Counted from the first letter of the stretch, positions 1-11,337 are shown. The stretch: 64,000 nucleotides of DNA from Nitrospirota bacterium (GCA_963790205.1 CAWBNQ010000008.1:96001-160000); one strand, 5' to 3'. Program-made: numbers and translations. Notes: generated by a model not told the origin, from the sequence alone.

Positions 1-1
1 T

Positions 2-397
2 CCTCGGCAACGCTGTTTTTCCCGTTTCCTTGCCCTGCTCCGCTCCCTCCGGAACGCCGGCCCGCGGCAGCGTCTTGGGCAGCTTTACCTCATCGCTTGT
101 GCCGAACTTCTTCGGCAGGGGCACGGCGCCCGGAGGGAGGGGTTTTTCCGGGACGACGTGTTGGGGAACGGGAGGCGCGGGAGGAACGGGCCGCGGGGGA
201 GGAACGGGCCGCTGCAACGGCGGCAGATTCCTGACCTCCTTCTGCGGCAGGTTCACGATGTTCACCGGTATGGGCAACGACAGCGGCGTCCGGTTGGCCT
301 GAACAAGAAAAATAGCCGCAGCAATCATCACATGGAGAACGACCGAGATGACGAAGGAGACGGCTACGAACTTAATGGAGTATTGGCGAGGGAGCAT
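2..397 (-). CDS. TonB/TolA-like energy transducer, N-terminal part (runs off window start)
   Basis: Hand translation from ATG at 397: MLPRQYSIKFVAVSFVISVVLHVMIAAAIFLV (TM anchor with SxxLH motif) followed by a Pro-rich linker (RPVPPPRPVPPAPPVP). Not in the ORF track because it is truncated. Confidence 0.7.
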   Translation of the reverse strand, partial: MLPRQYSIKFVAVSFVISVVLHVMIAAAIFLVQANRTPLSLPIPVNIVNLPQKEVRNLPPLQRPVPPPRPVPPAPPVPQHVVPEKPLPPGAVPLPKKFGTSDEVKLPKTLPRAGVPEGAEQGKETGKTALPR

Positions 398-538
398 GAT
401 TTGTTAAAAAAATTGGACACGGGTTTTCGCGGAAAAGGCGGATCAAGCTTTACGTCTTCAAGTTTAATCCGTTTTTTCAGACTGTATCCGTGTCCAAAAG
501 GATTTGTTCTCTATCCTGGTCTTTCTGTGTACATCCCG

Positions 539-1582
539 TTATACGTTCTTCTGCATCCTGTCCGACACCTGCCGCAAGAGCTTCAGGATCGCCTCTGCCT
601 TGTCCGGCGTAAGGCTGCCCAGGCCGCAGGAGGGAGTGATCAGGCACTGGCGCAGGAGGTCCCGGCGGGCGATGCCCTGTTTTTCGAGCCGCTTCATGCC
701 CTCGTCCAGCTTGGCGACGAGCTGTTCCGCTGTCTCGGCCCCGGTGAAGGCGCCGGCCGGCACAACGCCCCAGGCAAGCGCGCCGCCGCGGGCCAGGAAG
801 GTTTGGATGTCCGCGGGGTAAAGCTGTACCTTATCCATGTACCCGAAGGCGTCGAAGTTCACGATGTCCACATCGGTCCGAAAGAGCATGGGCCAGTCCG
901 CGTTACCGCAGCAGTGGATCCCCGCAATGCCGCCCTGCTCGTGAATGACGGCGATGATCTCGTTCAGTTTTTCCGCGACCACTTCCGACGATACGGCGGA
1001 GAAACCCGAGCCCAGGGACTCCATGGCGGGCTCGTCGATGAAGATGATGACCGGTTTGTTGAACTGCTTAAGCTCCCGGATCTGCCAGGCGGCTTTCATG
1101 GCGAGCCCCTTGACCACGGCGTCGAAGAGCACATCATTATGGATGATGTCCTTTCCGGTCTCGTCCTTGAATGCCGTCCCGGCCGTGAGCGGGCCGGTGA
1201 TGTGCCCCTTGATGAACCGGGCCCCTTTCGGCAGCCCTTTTTTCAAAGCGCGCAGCAGGGCGTAGAACCCGGCCGCGTACTCTTCGGTCATCTTGAAAAA
1301 ACCATAGTCCTTTTCGATATATCGTCCGAAGAATTTTTCGAGTTCCGGCGTGAGGTCCTTTGCCGCGTCGAAAAAGAAGCGCTGCTTTGCCGCGTCGAGC
1401 CGGAGACCGGGCAGGGACTCGCTGTACTGGCCGTCCATGCGCTCGCGAAAATCCTTCTGCGGCAGCTGGGGCCAGATAGGCGCTTCCGGCAGATACCGGA
1501 GCGACAGCGCCGCAGCCTTGTCGGGGTCCGTGACGGGCAGGCTGCCGATGCCGGTGGCAATGCAGTTGAAATTGTGCGTCAT
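539..1582 (-). CDS. Cobalamin-independent methionine synthase-like protein (single catalytic barrel)
   Basis: TGIGSLP start, KGHITGPLT, IFIDEP, GIHCCGN and C-terminal ITPSCGLG zinc-ligand motifs. Confidence 0.8.
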   Translation of the reverse strand: MTHNFNCIATGIGSLPVTDPDKAAALSLRYLPEAPIWPQLPQKDFRERMDGQYSESLPGLRLDAAKQRFFFDAAKDLTPELEKFFGRYIEKDYGFFKMTEEYAAGFYALLRALKKGLPKGARFIKGHITGPLTAGTAFKDETGKDIIHNDVLFDAVVKGLAMKAAWQIRELKQFNKPVIIFIDEPAMESLGSGFSAVSSEVVAEKLNEIIAVIHEQGGIAGIHCCGNADWPMLFRTDVDIVNFDAFGYMDKVQLYPADIQTFLARGGALAWGVVPAGAFTGAETAEQLVAKLDEGMKRLEKQGIARRDLLRQCLITPSCGLGSLTPDKAEAILKLLRQVSDRMQKNV

Positions 1583-1775
1583 GATGCTCCCTTGTCCTCA
1601 ATGATTGATGATGTCGTAAAGGTTATTATATATTCAGCAACCGGAAAAAACAACTTAAATTGAGCGGACAGGGAGGGCCGGTCAGGTCGAGAACGCTTTC
1701 GGAACTTTCCGATCAATCCATAACCGCCTCTCCGGTTCAACTTTCACCTTTACAGGATAATGCAAAATCTGTAAT

Positions 1776-2144
1776 ATGAAGCTCATGAAATACGGTGCGA
1801 AGGCGATCAAACAGGCGAAGCTCGAATTGTGGCCCAACCCCAACCCGGACCGGGATTACGTGATCGACATATCCTATCCTGAATTCACCTGCCTCTGTCC
1901 GCGGTCGGGCTACCCGGATTTCGCCACGATCAGGGTGACGTATACGCCCGATAAAAAAGTTGTCGAGCTTAAGAGCTTAAAACTCTATTTGAACGGTTTC
2001 CGGGACACGGGCGTGTCCCACGAGGCCGTGACAAACCTTATCTTTGATACCCTGGTCAAAAACCTGAAGCCGCGCACGCTCGAGGTTGTCGGTGATTTCA
2101 ATGCACGGGGAAATGTAAAGACGGTGATCCGCGTCTCCCTGTAG
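1776..2144 (+). CDS. queF: NADPH-dependent 7-cyano-7-deazaguanine reductase (type I)
   Basis: [26 protein letters not shown] and SHE motifs. Confidence 0.95.
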   Translation: MKLMKYGAKAIKQAKLELWPNPNPDRDYVIDISYPEFTCLCPRSGYPDFATIRVTYTPDKKVVELKSLKLYLNGFRDTGVSHEAVTNLIFDTLVKNLKPRTLEVVGDFNARGNVKTVIRVSL

Positions 2145-2264
2145 CCGGAACGGCATGCCGCGGGGAGAGCCGTCCGCGGTTGTCTTTCAAATCATCTTTC
2201 CCGCCCCAGGTCATTCCGGTACGGCAGCTTATCCCGTGATACATCTTGACTATTTCATGGCGGC

Positions 2265-3380
2265 GTGCTATCTATAGATACATTGTCATTGAACATCGTA
2301 CCGGAGGTTCCGTTGAGAATTACGATCAAGACCGCGCCTCTTGCCGTTCTTTTATTGTTCTTCGTTTTTGTTCCCGCTGGTTCAAAGGCCGCTTCCGCTC
2401 CCGAGTCCTTCGCTCCCCTCGTCAAAAAAGAAATGCCCGCCGTGGTGAACATATCGACCAGGCAGGTGGTAAAGGTTCAGCAGCCGTCTCCCTTCGGCGA
2501 CCCGCAGATGGATGAGTTCTTCTACCGTTTTTTCGGGGGCAGGCCGCAGCGCGAACAGGTGAGGCAGAGCCTCGGCTCCGGGTTCGTCATCAGCCCCGAC
2601 GGCTATATCCTGACGAACAACCATGTCGTGGACATGGCGCGGGACATCAAAGTGGCGCTTTCCGACGGCCGGGTGATGGATGCCAGGCTCGTCGGCAAAT
2701 CCAGGGAGATCGACATCGCCCTCATCAAGGTTGAGGCGAAAGACCTTCCCTCCGTCACCCTGGGGGATTCCGACGCTCTTGAGGTGGGGGACTGGGTCCT
2801 GGCCATCGGGAACCCTTTCGGACTGTCTCATACGGTGACGGCGGGTATTGTGTCCGCCAAAGGCCGCGTCATCGGTGTTGGTCCTTATGATGACCTTATC
2901 CAGACCGATGCTGCCATCAATCCCGGCAACAGCGGCGGGCCGCTTTTCAACACCAATGGCGAGGTGGTCGGGATCAACACGGTGATCATCGCGCAGGGCC
3001 AGAATCTCGGTTTTGCGATCCCTGTCAGCATGGTGAAGGACGTGTTGCCTTCAATCAAAGAGAAAGGCAGGCCCGACATGGGCTGGCTCGGCGTCTCCGC
3101 GCAGGCGGTCACGCCCAACCTTGCCGCGGCCCTGGGCCTGCCCGAACCCATCGGCGCACTGGTCAACGGCGTCAGCAAGGGAGGACCGGCCGAGAAAGCC
3201 GGTCTGCAGCGAGGCGACGTGATCGTCGAGCTGGACGGTAAAAAGATCCTTGATCCGTCGGAACTGCCGAGAATGGTCGCCTTCGGCCACATCGGCAAGA
3301 CCGTGACCATGAAAATAATGCGCCAGGGCAAGCCGATGGAAGTCAAAACCCTGATCGAGTTGAAGCCGGAACAGAAGTGA
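2265..3380 (+). CDS. HtrA/DegP-family serine protease with one PDZ domain (start uncertain)
   Basis: GSGFVIS, LTNNHVV, IQTDAAINPGNSGGPL and a C-terminal PDZ domain. Confidence 0.93.
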   Translation: MLSIDTLSLNIVPEVPLRITIKTAPLAVLLLFFVFVPAGSKAASAPESFAPLVKKEMPAVVNISTRQVVKVQQPSPFGDPQMDEFFYRFFGGRPQREQVRQSLGSGFVISPDGYILTNNHVVDMARDIKVALSDGRVMDARLVGKSREIDIALIKVEAKDLPSVTLGDSDALEVGDWVLAIGNPFGLSHTVTAGIVSAKGRVIGVGPYDDLIQTDAAINPGNSGGPLFNTNGEVVGINTVIIAQGQNLGFAIPVSMVKDVLPSIKEKGRPDMGWLGVSAQAVTPNLAAALGLPEPIGALVNGVSKGGPAEKAGLQRGDVIVELDGKKILDPSELPRMVAFGHIGKTVTMKIMRQGKPMEVKTLIELKPEQK

Positions 3381-3386
3381 TTCCGC

Positions 3387-3414
3387 AAGGAGTAAGGAGT
3401 AAGGAGTAAGGAGT
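3387..3414. repeat. Heptamer tandem repeat (AAGGAGT)x4
   Basis: Read directly from sequence. Confidence 0.9.
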
Positions 3415-3476
3415 AAAGATCGACCCCTCGCCTCACGGGTTCATTCCACACATCGCATCGGCAATAAGGAGAACCT

Positions 3477-3816
3477 ATGTTCGGTCTCGGAATACCTGAA
3501 CTAATCGTTATATTCGTCATTGCCCTGGTTGTTTTCGGCCCCAAGAAAGCTGCCCGACCTGGGAAAGTCCATCGGCCGCGCCATGGCGGAGTTCAAAAAG
3601 GCGTCGGAAGAGTTCCAGGAATCCGTGCGGTCCGAGATGAGAGAGGTTGAGAAGAGCGCGGACCTGGAGGAGGTCAAGAAGCTCGGGAGGCTCGACAACC
3701 TGTCAGCGGACAAAGAGACTGATGCGGGAAAACCCGCGGCCGGGCAGACGCCTGAGCAGAAGACCGAACAGGAACCGGAAAAGAAAAAGGGCGAGGAGGC
3801 CAAAGGGAATGGCTGA
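3477..3816 (+). CDS. tatA: Twin-arginine translocase TatA/TatB subunit (apparent frameshift near 3546)
   Basis: MFGLGIPELIVIFVIALVVFGPK from ATG 3477 continues as KLPDLGKSIGRAMAEFKKA in another frame; one extra A in aagaaag. Confidence 0.85.
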
Positions 3817-4610
3817 GGAAGAGTTGCGGATGTCGTTCTGGAGCCATCTGACGGAGCTCCGGAAAAGGATCGTCTATACCGCTATCGCCATCGGCGTCGG
3901 TTTCCTTGTCTGCTTCAACTATTCAGAGCAGATCCTCGGGCTCCTGTTGCTGCCGATGAACTCAACGATGACGTTTCAGGCGAGCGCTCCCTTCCTGCAT
4001 TTCGAACCCAACAAAACCACGCAGGAGCTCTATTTTACCACGCTCATCGAGCCCATCATGTCGCACTTGAAGATCGGGTTCATCGCCGGCATCATGCTGA
4101 CGGTTCCCGTTATCCTCTACCAGATATGGAAATTCATCTCGCCCGGTCTTTTGCCGCGGGAACGGAAGTACGCCGGACAATTCGTCTTCTTTGCGACTTT
4201 TTTTTTCTTTATCGGCGTCCTGTTCTGTTTCTTCCTGCTTCTGCCGTTCGCCGTACCTTTTCTGATCACCTATAAGACCGAGCACCTGAAGCCGATCATC
4301 AAGCTTGCGGACTATATCGATTTCACCCTCAAGTTCATGCTTGCCTCGGGAGCCGTGTTCGAGCTGCCCCTGGTCATGATCATTCTCGGCCGCATGGGGA
4401 TCATCAATCCGGATGTACTCAGCAGGTTCCGGAAGTACGCGTTCCTGATCTCCTTCATTATCGGAGGCTATTGTCACGCCCACGCCGGATGTGTTCAATA
4501 TGACGCTCATGTCCCTGCCCATTTATTGCCTCTATGAGATCGGCATCCTCGGCGTGCGTTTCTTCGGCAGGCGGAGGAAGCCGGAATCCAAGGATTTGAC
4601 GGAGACATAA
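3809..4610 (+). CDS. tatC: Twin-arginine translocase TatC (apparent frameshift near 4467)
   Basis: MSFWSHLTELRKR, YQIWKFISPGL and FELP motifs; the C-terminal IVTPTPDVFNM...LYEIGI is in a shifted frame ending at TAA 4608-4610. Confidence 0.9.
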
Positions 4611-5107
4611 TGGCTTCAACCGTCTCGTTCGTCTCTGCCGCTTCAAACAGCGGCAAGACCACGCTCATCGAAAAAGTCGTGAAGCTGCTGAAGGCCCGCG
4701 GGCTTCGCGTGGCGGTGGTCAAGCATGCCTCCGCCGGGTTCGAGCTCGATAGGCCGGGGAAGGATTCATGGCGCTTCCAGGAGGCGGGCGCCGATTCCGT
4801 GGTCCTCGTGGGCCCCGGGAAAATGGCGGTGATCAGGAACATCGATGAGGCACCGTCGCCCAAAGAGATTGAAAGGGCCGCCGGCGACACTGACCTCGTG
4901 ATCCATGAGGGGTCCAAGAAGAGCGCGAAGAACAAGATCGAGGTTTTTCGATCCGCCGCCTCAGGAGACCGTCCGCTCTGCCTCGAAGATCGTTCCTATC
5001 TCGCGCTGGTGAGCGATAGACCTTTTCCTGTTTCCATTCCCTGCTTCGATCTGAATGACGCCGAGGGAGTCGCAAATTATCTTGTAAAAAATTTCATTGC
5101 CGAATAG
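4610..5107 (+). CDS. mobB: Molybdopterin-guanine dinucleotide biosynthesis protein B
   Basis: [11 protein letters not shown]alker A, VAVVKH and [10 protein letters not shown]. Confidence 0.92.
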   Translation: MASTVSFVSAASNSGKTTLIEKVVKLLKARGLRVAVVKHASAGFELDRPGKDSWRFQEAGADSVVLVGPGKMAVIRNIDEAPSPKEIERAAGDTDLVIHEGSKKSAKNKIEVFRSAASGDRPLCLEDRSYLALVSDRPFPVSIPCFDLNDAEGVANYLVKNFIAE

Positions 5108-5259
5108 CGTTGCAATACGCTGATGATAATTCTAATTGTAATATTATATTTACTTTTAGTTATCCCGTAATAACAACGTTTTTCGTTGACTTTCGCACCG
5201 GTTTTCCCTTATTTTATGCTGAACAACTTTGGATGCGCGCATTGAGGAAAGGAGCATGC

Positions 5260-6544
5260 ATGGCAGGACCGAGATCGAGGAAGCTGTTTGAGGAAGCGAA
5301 GAAGCATATTCCCGGCGGGGTGAACAGCCCGGTGCGTGCCTTCCGTTCCGTGGGTGGAGAGCCGCTCTTCATCAAGAAAGCGAAGGGTTCGAAGATCGTC
5401 GATGCTGACGGCAAGACGTATATCGATTATGTGCTCTCCTGGGGCCCCATGATCCTCGGCCATGCTCACCCGCGTGTTACCGCGGCGCTGAAAAAGGCCA
5501 TCTCCAACGGAACGAGCTTCGGGGCGCCGACGGAACTGGAGATCACGCTCGCCAAAATGGTCAAGAAGGCCTTTCCCTCGATCGAGATGGTCCGCATGGT
5601 AAGTTCAGGAACGGAAGCGACGATGAGCGCCATCCGCGCTGCCCGGGGGTTCACCGGGAGGGACAAGATCCTGAAATTCGAGGGCGGCTACCACGGCCAT
5701 GGCGAACAGCCTGCTCGTGAAGGCCGGGAGCGGCGTGGCCACCTTCGGCCTGCCCGACAGTCCCGGCGTGCCTGCTGACCTGGCCAAGCTCACGCTGACG
5801 GTCGCTTATAACGACCTCGCGGCGGTGAAGGAGATCATCTCCCGCGAAGGCGAGCAGATCGCCTGCATCATCGTGGAGCCCGTGGCCGGGAACATGGGGT
5901 GCGTGCCGCCGGAACCTGGATTTCTCGAAGGCCTGCGGCAGGTCTGCGATCAATACGGTATTGTTCTGATCCTGGATGAAGTCATGACCGGGTTCCGCGT
6001 GGCCTATGGCGGGGCGCAGCAGCTCTATAAGATCAAGCCCGATCTGACCTGCCTCGGCAAGGTGATCGGCGGCGGGCTCCCGGTAGGCGCTTTCGGCGGC
6101 AAGCTTGAGATCATGCAAAAGATCGCGCCCCTCGGCCCCATCTATCAGGCGGGAACGCTCTCGGGAAACCCCCTGGCCATGACCGCCGGCATTGAGACGC
6201 TTAAGCAGCTGGCGAAGCCGGGGGTCTACAAAACGCTCGAGAAACTCTCGGCTGAGCTCGAACAGGGGCTTCGCGCAGCGGCCTCGGAGGCGGGTGTCCC
6301 GGTCACGCTCAACCGCGTGGGTTCCATGTTCACCGGTTTTTTCACGGACCAAAGGGTCAAGGACTTTGCGAGCGCCAAAACATCGGACACCGGCCGCTTC
6401 GGCAGGTACTTCCTGTCCATGCTTAGGAACGGGGTGAACCTCGCGCCGTCACAATTCGAGGCGGCGTTCCTGTCCCTCGCGCATACGAAGGCGGACATCG
6501 ACAGGACGGTCGAGGCTGCGAGAAAAAGCCTGAAAGGATTGTAA
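5260..6544 (+). CDS. hemL: Glutamate-1-semialdehyde 2,1-aminomutase (apparent frameshift near 5701)
   Basis: [20 protein letters not shown] and GGYHGH, then [18 protein letters not shown] and GTLSGNP in the next frame. Confidence 0.93.
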
Positions 6545-6676
6545 TCGCAGAAGGTGTGAGGGTGCGAAGTTGGGAAGTTGGGAATAAAGAATTCAAGAAC
6601 CTCCTCTCTTCCTTACTTCACTTAACTTAATTTAATTTAACTTCCCTTTCTCTCTTCTCAAACTTCTGGTTTTTCT

Positions 6677-6922
6677 ATGGAAGAAAAAGACAGCAGGTTT
6701 CTCCGCAGGCTCGGCTTGCTGAGTACCATGGCGCTCACGCCGGTTTTCGCCATGATCATAGGCTTCTTCATCGGCCTCAAGCTTGACCAATGGCTCGGCA
6801 CCTCTCCGTGGCTGACCGGTTTCTTTGTCATACTCGGAATCGTTGCGGGCTTTCGGGAATTTTTTCGGTTTGTCAGGCGCAGTCAGGAGAACCTGGAGGA
6901 CGAAGGCAAAAAAGATGACTGA
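6677..6922 (+). CDS. AtpZ/AtpI-family (ATP synthase gene 1) protein
   Basis: IGFFIGLKLDQWLGTSPW motif and two TM helices. Confidence 0.85.
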   Translation: MEEKDSRFLRRLGLLSTMALTPVFAMIIGFFIGLKLDQWLGTSPWLTGFFVILGIVAGFREFFRFVRRSQENLEDEGKKDD

Positions 6923-7367
6923 CGAAGCCCGGACAGGAAACCAGGCCGTAACGGCAATTATCAAAGGAGTGGCAACGAAGACCGCTTTGCTTGTCGCAGT
7001 CGGCACCGCTGTCTTTCTCGGCTACGTGCTTCTTCGCGGTGTTGACCAGCGCTGGTGGTTCCTTCCTCTCAGTGTTCTTTTCGGCGGCGTACTCGGCCTG
7101 CTGAATTTCCGGTGGCTTGCGATTGCCGTGGAGCGGGTTTACCTCAAACAGGGCGCCACGCCCGTCGCTTCGAACTTTGCCGCGGTCATCATCAGCGTCC
7201 TCAAACTCTCGCTGATATTCATCGTGCTCTTCATTGTCATTAAATTTCAGATAGTTCATGTCGTTGGCCTGGTGGCCGGACTTTCGTTCTGTTTCCTTGC
7301 AATCCTTTGGGAGGGAGCAACGGCGATGAAACAGGCCTTAAGGGATAATGAAAATGAAAAGGAGTAG
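6915..7367 (+). CDS. ATP synthase subunit I-like membrane protein
   Basis: Four TM segments, LLNFRWL motif, VGLVAGLS; overlaps the atpZ-like gene. Confidence 0.7.
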   Translation: MTDEARTGNQAVTAIIKGVATKTALLVAVGTAVFLGYVLLRGVDQRWWFLPLSVLFGGVLGLLNFRWLAIAVERVYLKQGATPVASNFAAVIISVLKLSLIFIVLFIVIKFQIVHVVGLVAGLSFCFLAILWEGATAMKQALRDNENEKE

Positions 7368-7429
7368 AGGATGATAAAACGAAGCGACGGCTCAGCATCG
7401 AGCCTGTATTCGAAAGGAGGAATGTGCGT

Positions 7430-7921
7430 ATGAGGAATCATGTCTTGAGGCCGCTCTACGTTGTTCTGGGTATGGTGGCGCTCATCCTGATTGCCCGGGT
7501 CTTTTACGTCCCCAAGGATTTCGGCGTGCATGAACGCGGGTACATGTATGGCTGGCACCGGCTGGGCAATGAGCAAGACTGGAAGAATTTTAAGGTCAAG
7601 TACATGGGCAAGGAGTACTGCAAGGACTGCCACAGCGACAAGTACGACAGCATCAACAAAACGCCGCACAAGATCATCCAGTGCGAAAACTGCCACGGTC
7701 CCGCCGGGACCCCGGAGGGCATCGTCCACTACGACGCCGACAAGAGGCCTAAGCTCCCGATCGACAAAAGCAGGGCGCTGTGCCTGAGATGTCACTATCC
7801 TTTGCCCTATCCCACGAGCGGACGTTCGAAGATCAGGAGCATCGATCCGGACAAACATAATCCGGACATCGAGTGTTCCACCTGTCACAACCCGCACAAT
7901 CCGATGGAGGGCCTGAGATGA
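7430..7921 (+). CDS. Membrane-anchored tetraheme cytochrome c
   Basis: CKDCH, CENCH, CLRCH and CSTCH; N-terminal TM helix. Confidence 0.9.
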   Translation: MRNHVLRPLYVVLGMVALILIARVFYVPKDFGVHERGYMYGWHRLGNEQDWKNFKVKYMGKEYCKDCHSDKYDSINKTPHKIIQCENCHGPAGTPEGIVHYDADKRPKLPIDKSRALCLRCHYPLPYPTSGRSKIRSIDPDKHNPDIECSTCHNPHNPMEGLR

Positions 7922-8705
7922 TTACGCGAAGGGATTTTCTGAAAAATTCCGTTATGACGATAGCCGGCGTGGCGCTCCCGCTTGCCGCATTCGAGATCAT
8001 AGACCCGAAAAAACTGATTGCCCAGGAAGCGGCGGACAGTACAAAAGTCCGCTGGGTGTTTCTGGTCGATACGTATAAATGCGTAGGCTGCGGACTCTGC
8101 GTAAAGGCCTGCAAGCTGGAGAACGAGATTCCCTACGACGCCAATGTGACCAGGACCTGGGTCGAGCGCTACGTGCTGACCAAGGACGGCAAGGTCTGGG
8201 CGGACAGCCCGAAGGGCGCCCGCGACGGTTTCACGACTACGAAGATCGATCTCGCCTCAGACGGCTTCAAGGACATCAAAAATGAGGACATCGACAAGGC
8301 GTTCTTCGTTCCCAAGCTCTGCAACCAGTGCGAAAATCCGCCCTGCGTGCAGGTTTGCCCCGTGGGGCGACCTACCAGACGCCCGACGGCGTCGTGCTGG
8401 TGGACCGGACCTGGTGCATCGGCTGCGGCTACTGCATCATGGGCTGCCCCTACGGCGTGCGCTTCTTCCATCCCGTCTATCATACCGCGGAGAAGTGCAA
8501 TTTCTGCTATCACCGGATTACGAAGGGCCTGAAGACCGCATGTGTCCAGGCGTGTCCCTTCGGCGCCCGGCAGATCGGCAATATCAAGGACCCCAATGAC
8601 CCGGTCACGAAGATCATCATGACCGAGCGGGTCGGGGTGCTCAAGGAAGAGTACGGAACGAAACCGCAGGTCTTCTACATCGGCCTCAGCAGGGAGGTGA
8701 AGTAA
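7918..8705 (+). CDS. Tat-exported 4Fe-4S protein, NrfC/DsrO family (apparent frameshift near 8365)
   Basis: TRRDFLK Tat motif, CVGCGLCVKAC and CNQCENPPCVQVCP, then CIGCGYCIMGCP and CNFCYHR...ACVQACP in a shifted frame. Confidence 0.88.
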
Positions 8706-9964
8706 TGTTAGTCCACGGAGAATTATGGACGGTTAAAGAGCTTTTTGTGTATCCGAACGAATATATTTACTGGAGCATTCAGATCGTGATGTACCCCTTC
8801 ATGACGGGCCTGGTGGCGGGCGCCTTCGTGCTGTCGTCGCTCTATCACGTTTTCGGCATCAAGCAGCTCAAGGACATGGCGCGTTTCGCCCTGGTGTTCT
8901 CGTTCGCGCTGCTGTTCGTCGCTCCGTTGCCTATCGTGCTTCATTTGCAGTTCCCGTTCCGGGGCATTAACGTATTCATGACGCCCCACTTCACCTCGGC
9001 CATCGCAGCCTTCGGCGTCGTGTTCTTCTCCTACGGCGCCATCGTGGCGTCCGAGCTCTGGTTTCTCTACCGGAAGCACTTTGTCGAGGTCTCCCTGTCG
9101 CTCAGGGAAAAGCAGGACAAGAGCATCGGGGATTGGTTCAGGTACCTCATTTTTTGTTCGCTCACGCTGGGTGTTTATGACGTCAGCGAGGAGGCGCTGC
9201 ACCGGGATGAAAAGGCCATCAAGGTCCTTGCGGGCATCGGCATCCCCGTGGCCTGTTTCCTCCACGGCTACGCCGGTTTCATCTTCGGCTCCGTCAAGGC
9301 GAACGCGCTCTGGATGACGCCGCTCATGCCGGTCATCTTCATCATGTCCGCCATCGTGTCGGGTATCGCGCTCTGCATGCTCACCTACATCATCGTCATG
9401 GAGATCAAAAAGTTCCTGGCATCGCGCAAGAGGACGATGTCCCGCGGCACGTTCTCCTCGAAAGAGGAGATCAAGGGCGTCGAGATCCACGTGATCCAGA
9501 TGACTGCCAAGTATCTGCTCTTCTTCATGGTTGCCGCGATCAGCCTCGAGCTCCTTGACCTGATCTTCCGCGGCTACACAGCGGTCAAGTCCTGGGACGT
9601 GATCCGGAGCGTCATCTACGGCAAGGATTTTACTGATATCTTCATCATGCAGTACGGCATCGGGAACCTCATACCGCTCATTCTGTTTCTGTTTCCGGGA
9701 CTCACCATCCGGCGGGCGGTGCTGGGTGTTGTGCTCGTGCTCTTCGGCGTGTTCATGATGCGGTGGAACGTGGTGATCGGAGGCCAGGCTTTCTCGCTCT
9801 CCTTTGCCGGATACATGCACTACCACATGCCGATCATTCCACACAACTGGGAAACATTCAAGGAAGGGCTTTTCGGGGCCGTGAGCATCTTTGTCATGCC
9901 CTTTGTCCTGTTCTGGGTCATTGCCAAGATATTCCCGGTGTTTGCCGAGGCCGGGCAGGAGTAA
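8705..9964 (+). CDS. NrfD/PsrC-family integral membrane quinone-interacting subunit
   Basis: YPFMTGLVAGAF, LHGYAGFIFG and MRWNVVIGGQ; many TM helices; coupled to the NrfC-like gene. Confidence 0.9.
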   Translation: MLVHGELWTVKELFVYPNEYIYWSIQIVMYPFMTGLVAGAFVLSSLYHVFGIKQLKDMARFALVFSFALLFVAPLPIVLHLQFPFRGINVFMTPHFTSAIAAFGVVFFSYGAIVASELWFLYRKHFVEVSLSLREKQDKSIGDWFRYLIFCSLTLGVYDVSEEALHRDEKAIKVLAGIGIPVACFLHGYAGFIFGSVKANALWMTPLMPVIFIMSAIVSGIALCMLTYIIVMEIKKFLASRKRTMSRGTFSSKEEIKGVEIHVIQMTAKYLLFFMVAAISLELLDLIFRGYTAVKSWDVIRSVIYGKDFTDIFIMQYGIGNLIPLILFLFPGLTIRRAVLGVVLVLFGVFMMRWNVVIGGQAFSLSFAGYMHYHMPIIPHNWETFKEGLFGAVSIFVMPFVLFWVIAKIFPVFAEAGQE

Positions 9965-10004
9965 CAGCCGGAACAGAAATCGGCTTCAAGATTTTTACCT
10001 TACA

Positions 10005-10034
10005 GCGGCGGGAGTTTTTCCCGCCGTTTTTTTT
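10005..10034 (+). terminator. Rho-independent terminator
   Basis: GCGGCGGGA/TCCCGCCGT stem followed by a T run. Confidence 0.8.
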
Positions 10035-10222
10035 ATGAGCAAGGAAGCGAGGAGGTGAAAGGATTTTTCTGAAATTTCCACAAAATTGCGCGGCAAAGAA
10101 GAGAACGGTTTTTTATAAAATTATAACTGTAATAAACCTATTGACATGTTTCGTTCCCTATGATATATACTTAGGGCTTATTGAAATGTAACTTTTTGTA
10201 AGTCTTTTTAAAGGGGGCGGAA

Positions 10223-11239
10223 ATGAAGTTAATGAGTTGGATGAAGGATAGGTACGGCAGGCTGAGGAATAGACTGAAGGAGCCTATTTCCCTGAAAGCA
10301 AAGCTCGTTATTATTGCGCTCATCATGGTAATAGTTTTCGGCGGAGGTTTTGTTGCCTACAAATTCTACGATTTCACCCAGAACAATCCCAAATTCTGCG
10401 TCGGCTGTCATCTGATGCAGCCCGCTTACGACGCCTGGGCAAAAAGCGAGCACAAGGCCCTGAGTTGCCATCAGTGCCATCATCTGACGATCCCCGAGCA
10501 AAACCAGCTTTTAATCAGCTTTGTGCTGCATCGGCCGACCAGGGTGCCTGATCGGCACAAAGGCCAGGTGATCGTGGGTCAGCATGTCTGCAATCAGTGC
10601 CATACGGAAGGCCCCGGAGAGCGTATCAATAAATCATTGTTCCACGCTAAGCATGTCTACATGGAGCAGATCGAATGCACCGAATGCCACGGCGAGGTGA
10701 AGCCCGACAAGTCGGGTCTCCACAGTTTCCTGCCCACGGAAAAGTTCTGTGTCAAGTGTCATAAGGACAAGCAGGTGCACGGTGTTGGCATGGGCGAACT
10801 TGCGTGCATCAATTGCCACACCGACCGAACCAAGGACCTCAAACCGGGACGGAAAAAGTGCCTCTACTGTCACAGCAGCAGTGATACCATCCGGAAGGAG
10901 CTGATTGCCGACGGCACCATGGATGTGCGGTTCTTCCCGCCGAACTCCGCAGTTATCAAGAAGGCGATCAAGATCCAGTTCAACAACGACTCGCCCATGC
11001 AATTCTACTGCTATGAATGTCATAAACCGCATACGCCGGGCAAGGTAAAGCCGAAGAATGAGGATTGCCTGAAGTGTCATGCGAATGTGCCGAAGATAGG
11101 CAAACACAAGCTCCATCTCAATATGGACATGCAGTGCAAAGATTGCCATAAGCCGCATCTCTGGAAAGTGACCGAGGCGTCAGCCAAGAAAGACTGCATT
11201 ACCTGTCATGAGTACAGGAGCCCGAAAGCGTTCCTGTAA
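10223..11239 (+). CDS. NapC/NirT-like membrane-anchored multiheme cytochrome c (11 CxxCH)
   Basis: N-terminal TM helix, FCVGCH; 11 CxxCH motifs counted. Confidence 0.88.
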   Translation: MKLMSWMKDRYGRLRNRLKEPISLKAKLVIIALIMVIVFGGGFVAYKFYDFTQNNPKFCVGCHLMQPAYDAWAKSEHKALSCHQCHHLTIPEQNQLLISFVLHRPTRVPDRHKGQVIVGQHVCNQCHTEGPGERINKSLFHAKHVYMEQIECTECHGEVKPDKSGLHSFLPTEKFCVKCHKDKQVHGVGMGELACINCHTDRTKDLKPGRKKCLYCHSSSDTIRKELIADGTMDVRFFPPNSAVIKKAIKIQFNNDSPMQFYCYECHKPHTPGKVKPKNEDCLKCHANVPKIGKHKLHLNMDMQCKDCHKPHLWKVTEASAKKDCITCHEYRSPKAFL

Positions 11240-11337
11240 CATTCTATCTCCAGGATAAAAAGGCTTCAACCTTTTGGGGATACCGGTGTCACTATAAGCA
11301 GTATACATCTTATCGATGGAAGGAGGTGAAACCTATT

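Noticed and set aside
158..1663. Long antisense ORFs (for example 158-1663, 28054-29286, 42991-44544, 59954-61231)
   Set aside because: They are shadows of well-supported genes on the opposite strand in GC-rich DNA.
1660..1776. preQ1 riboswitch upstream of queF
   Set aside because: No recognisable preQ1 stem-loop with A-rich tail.
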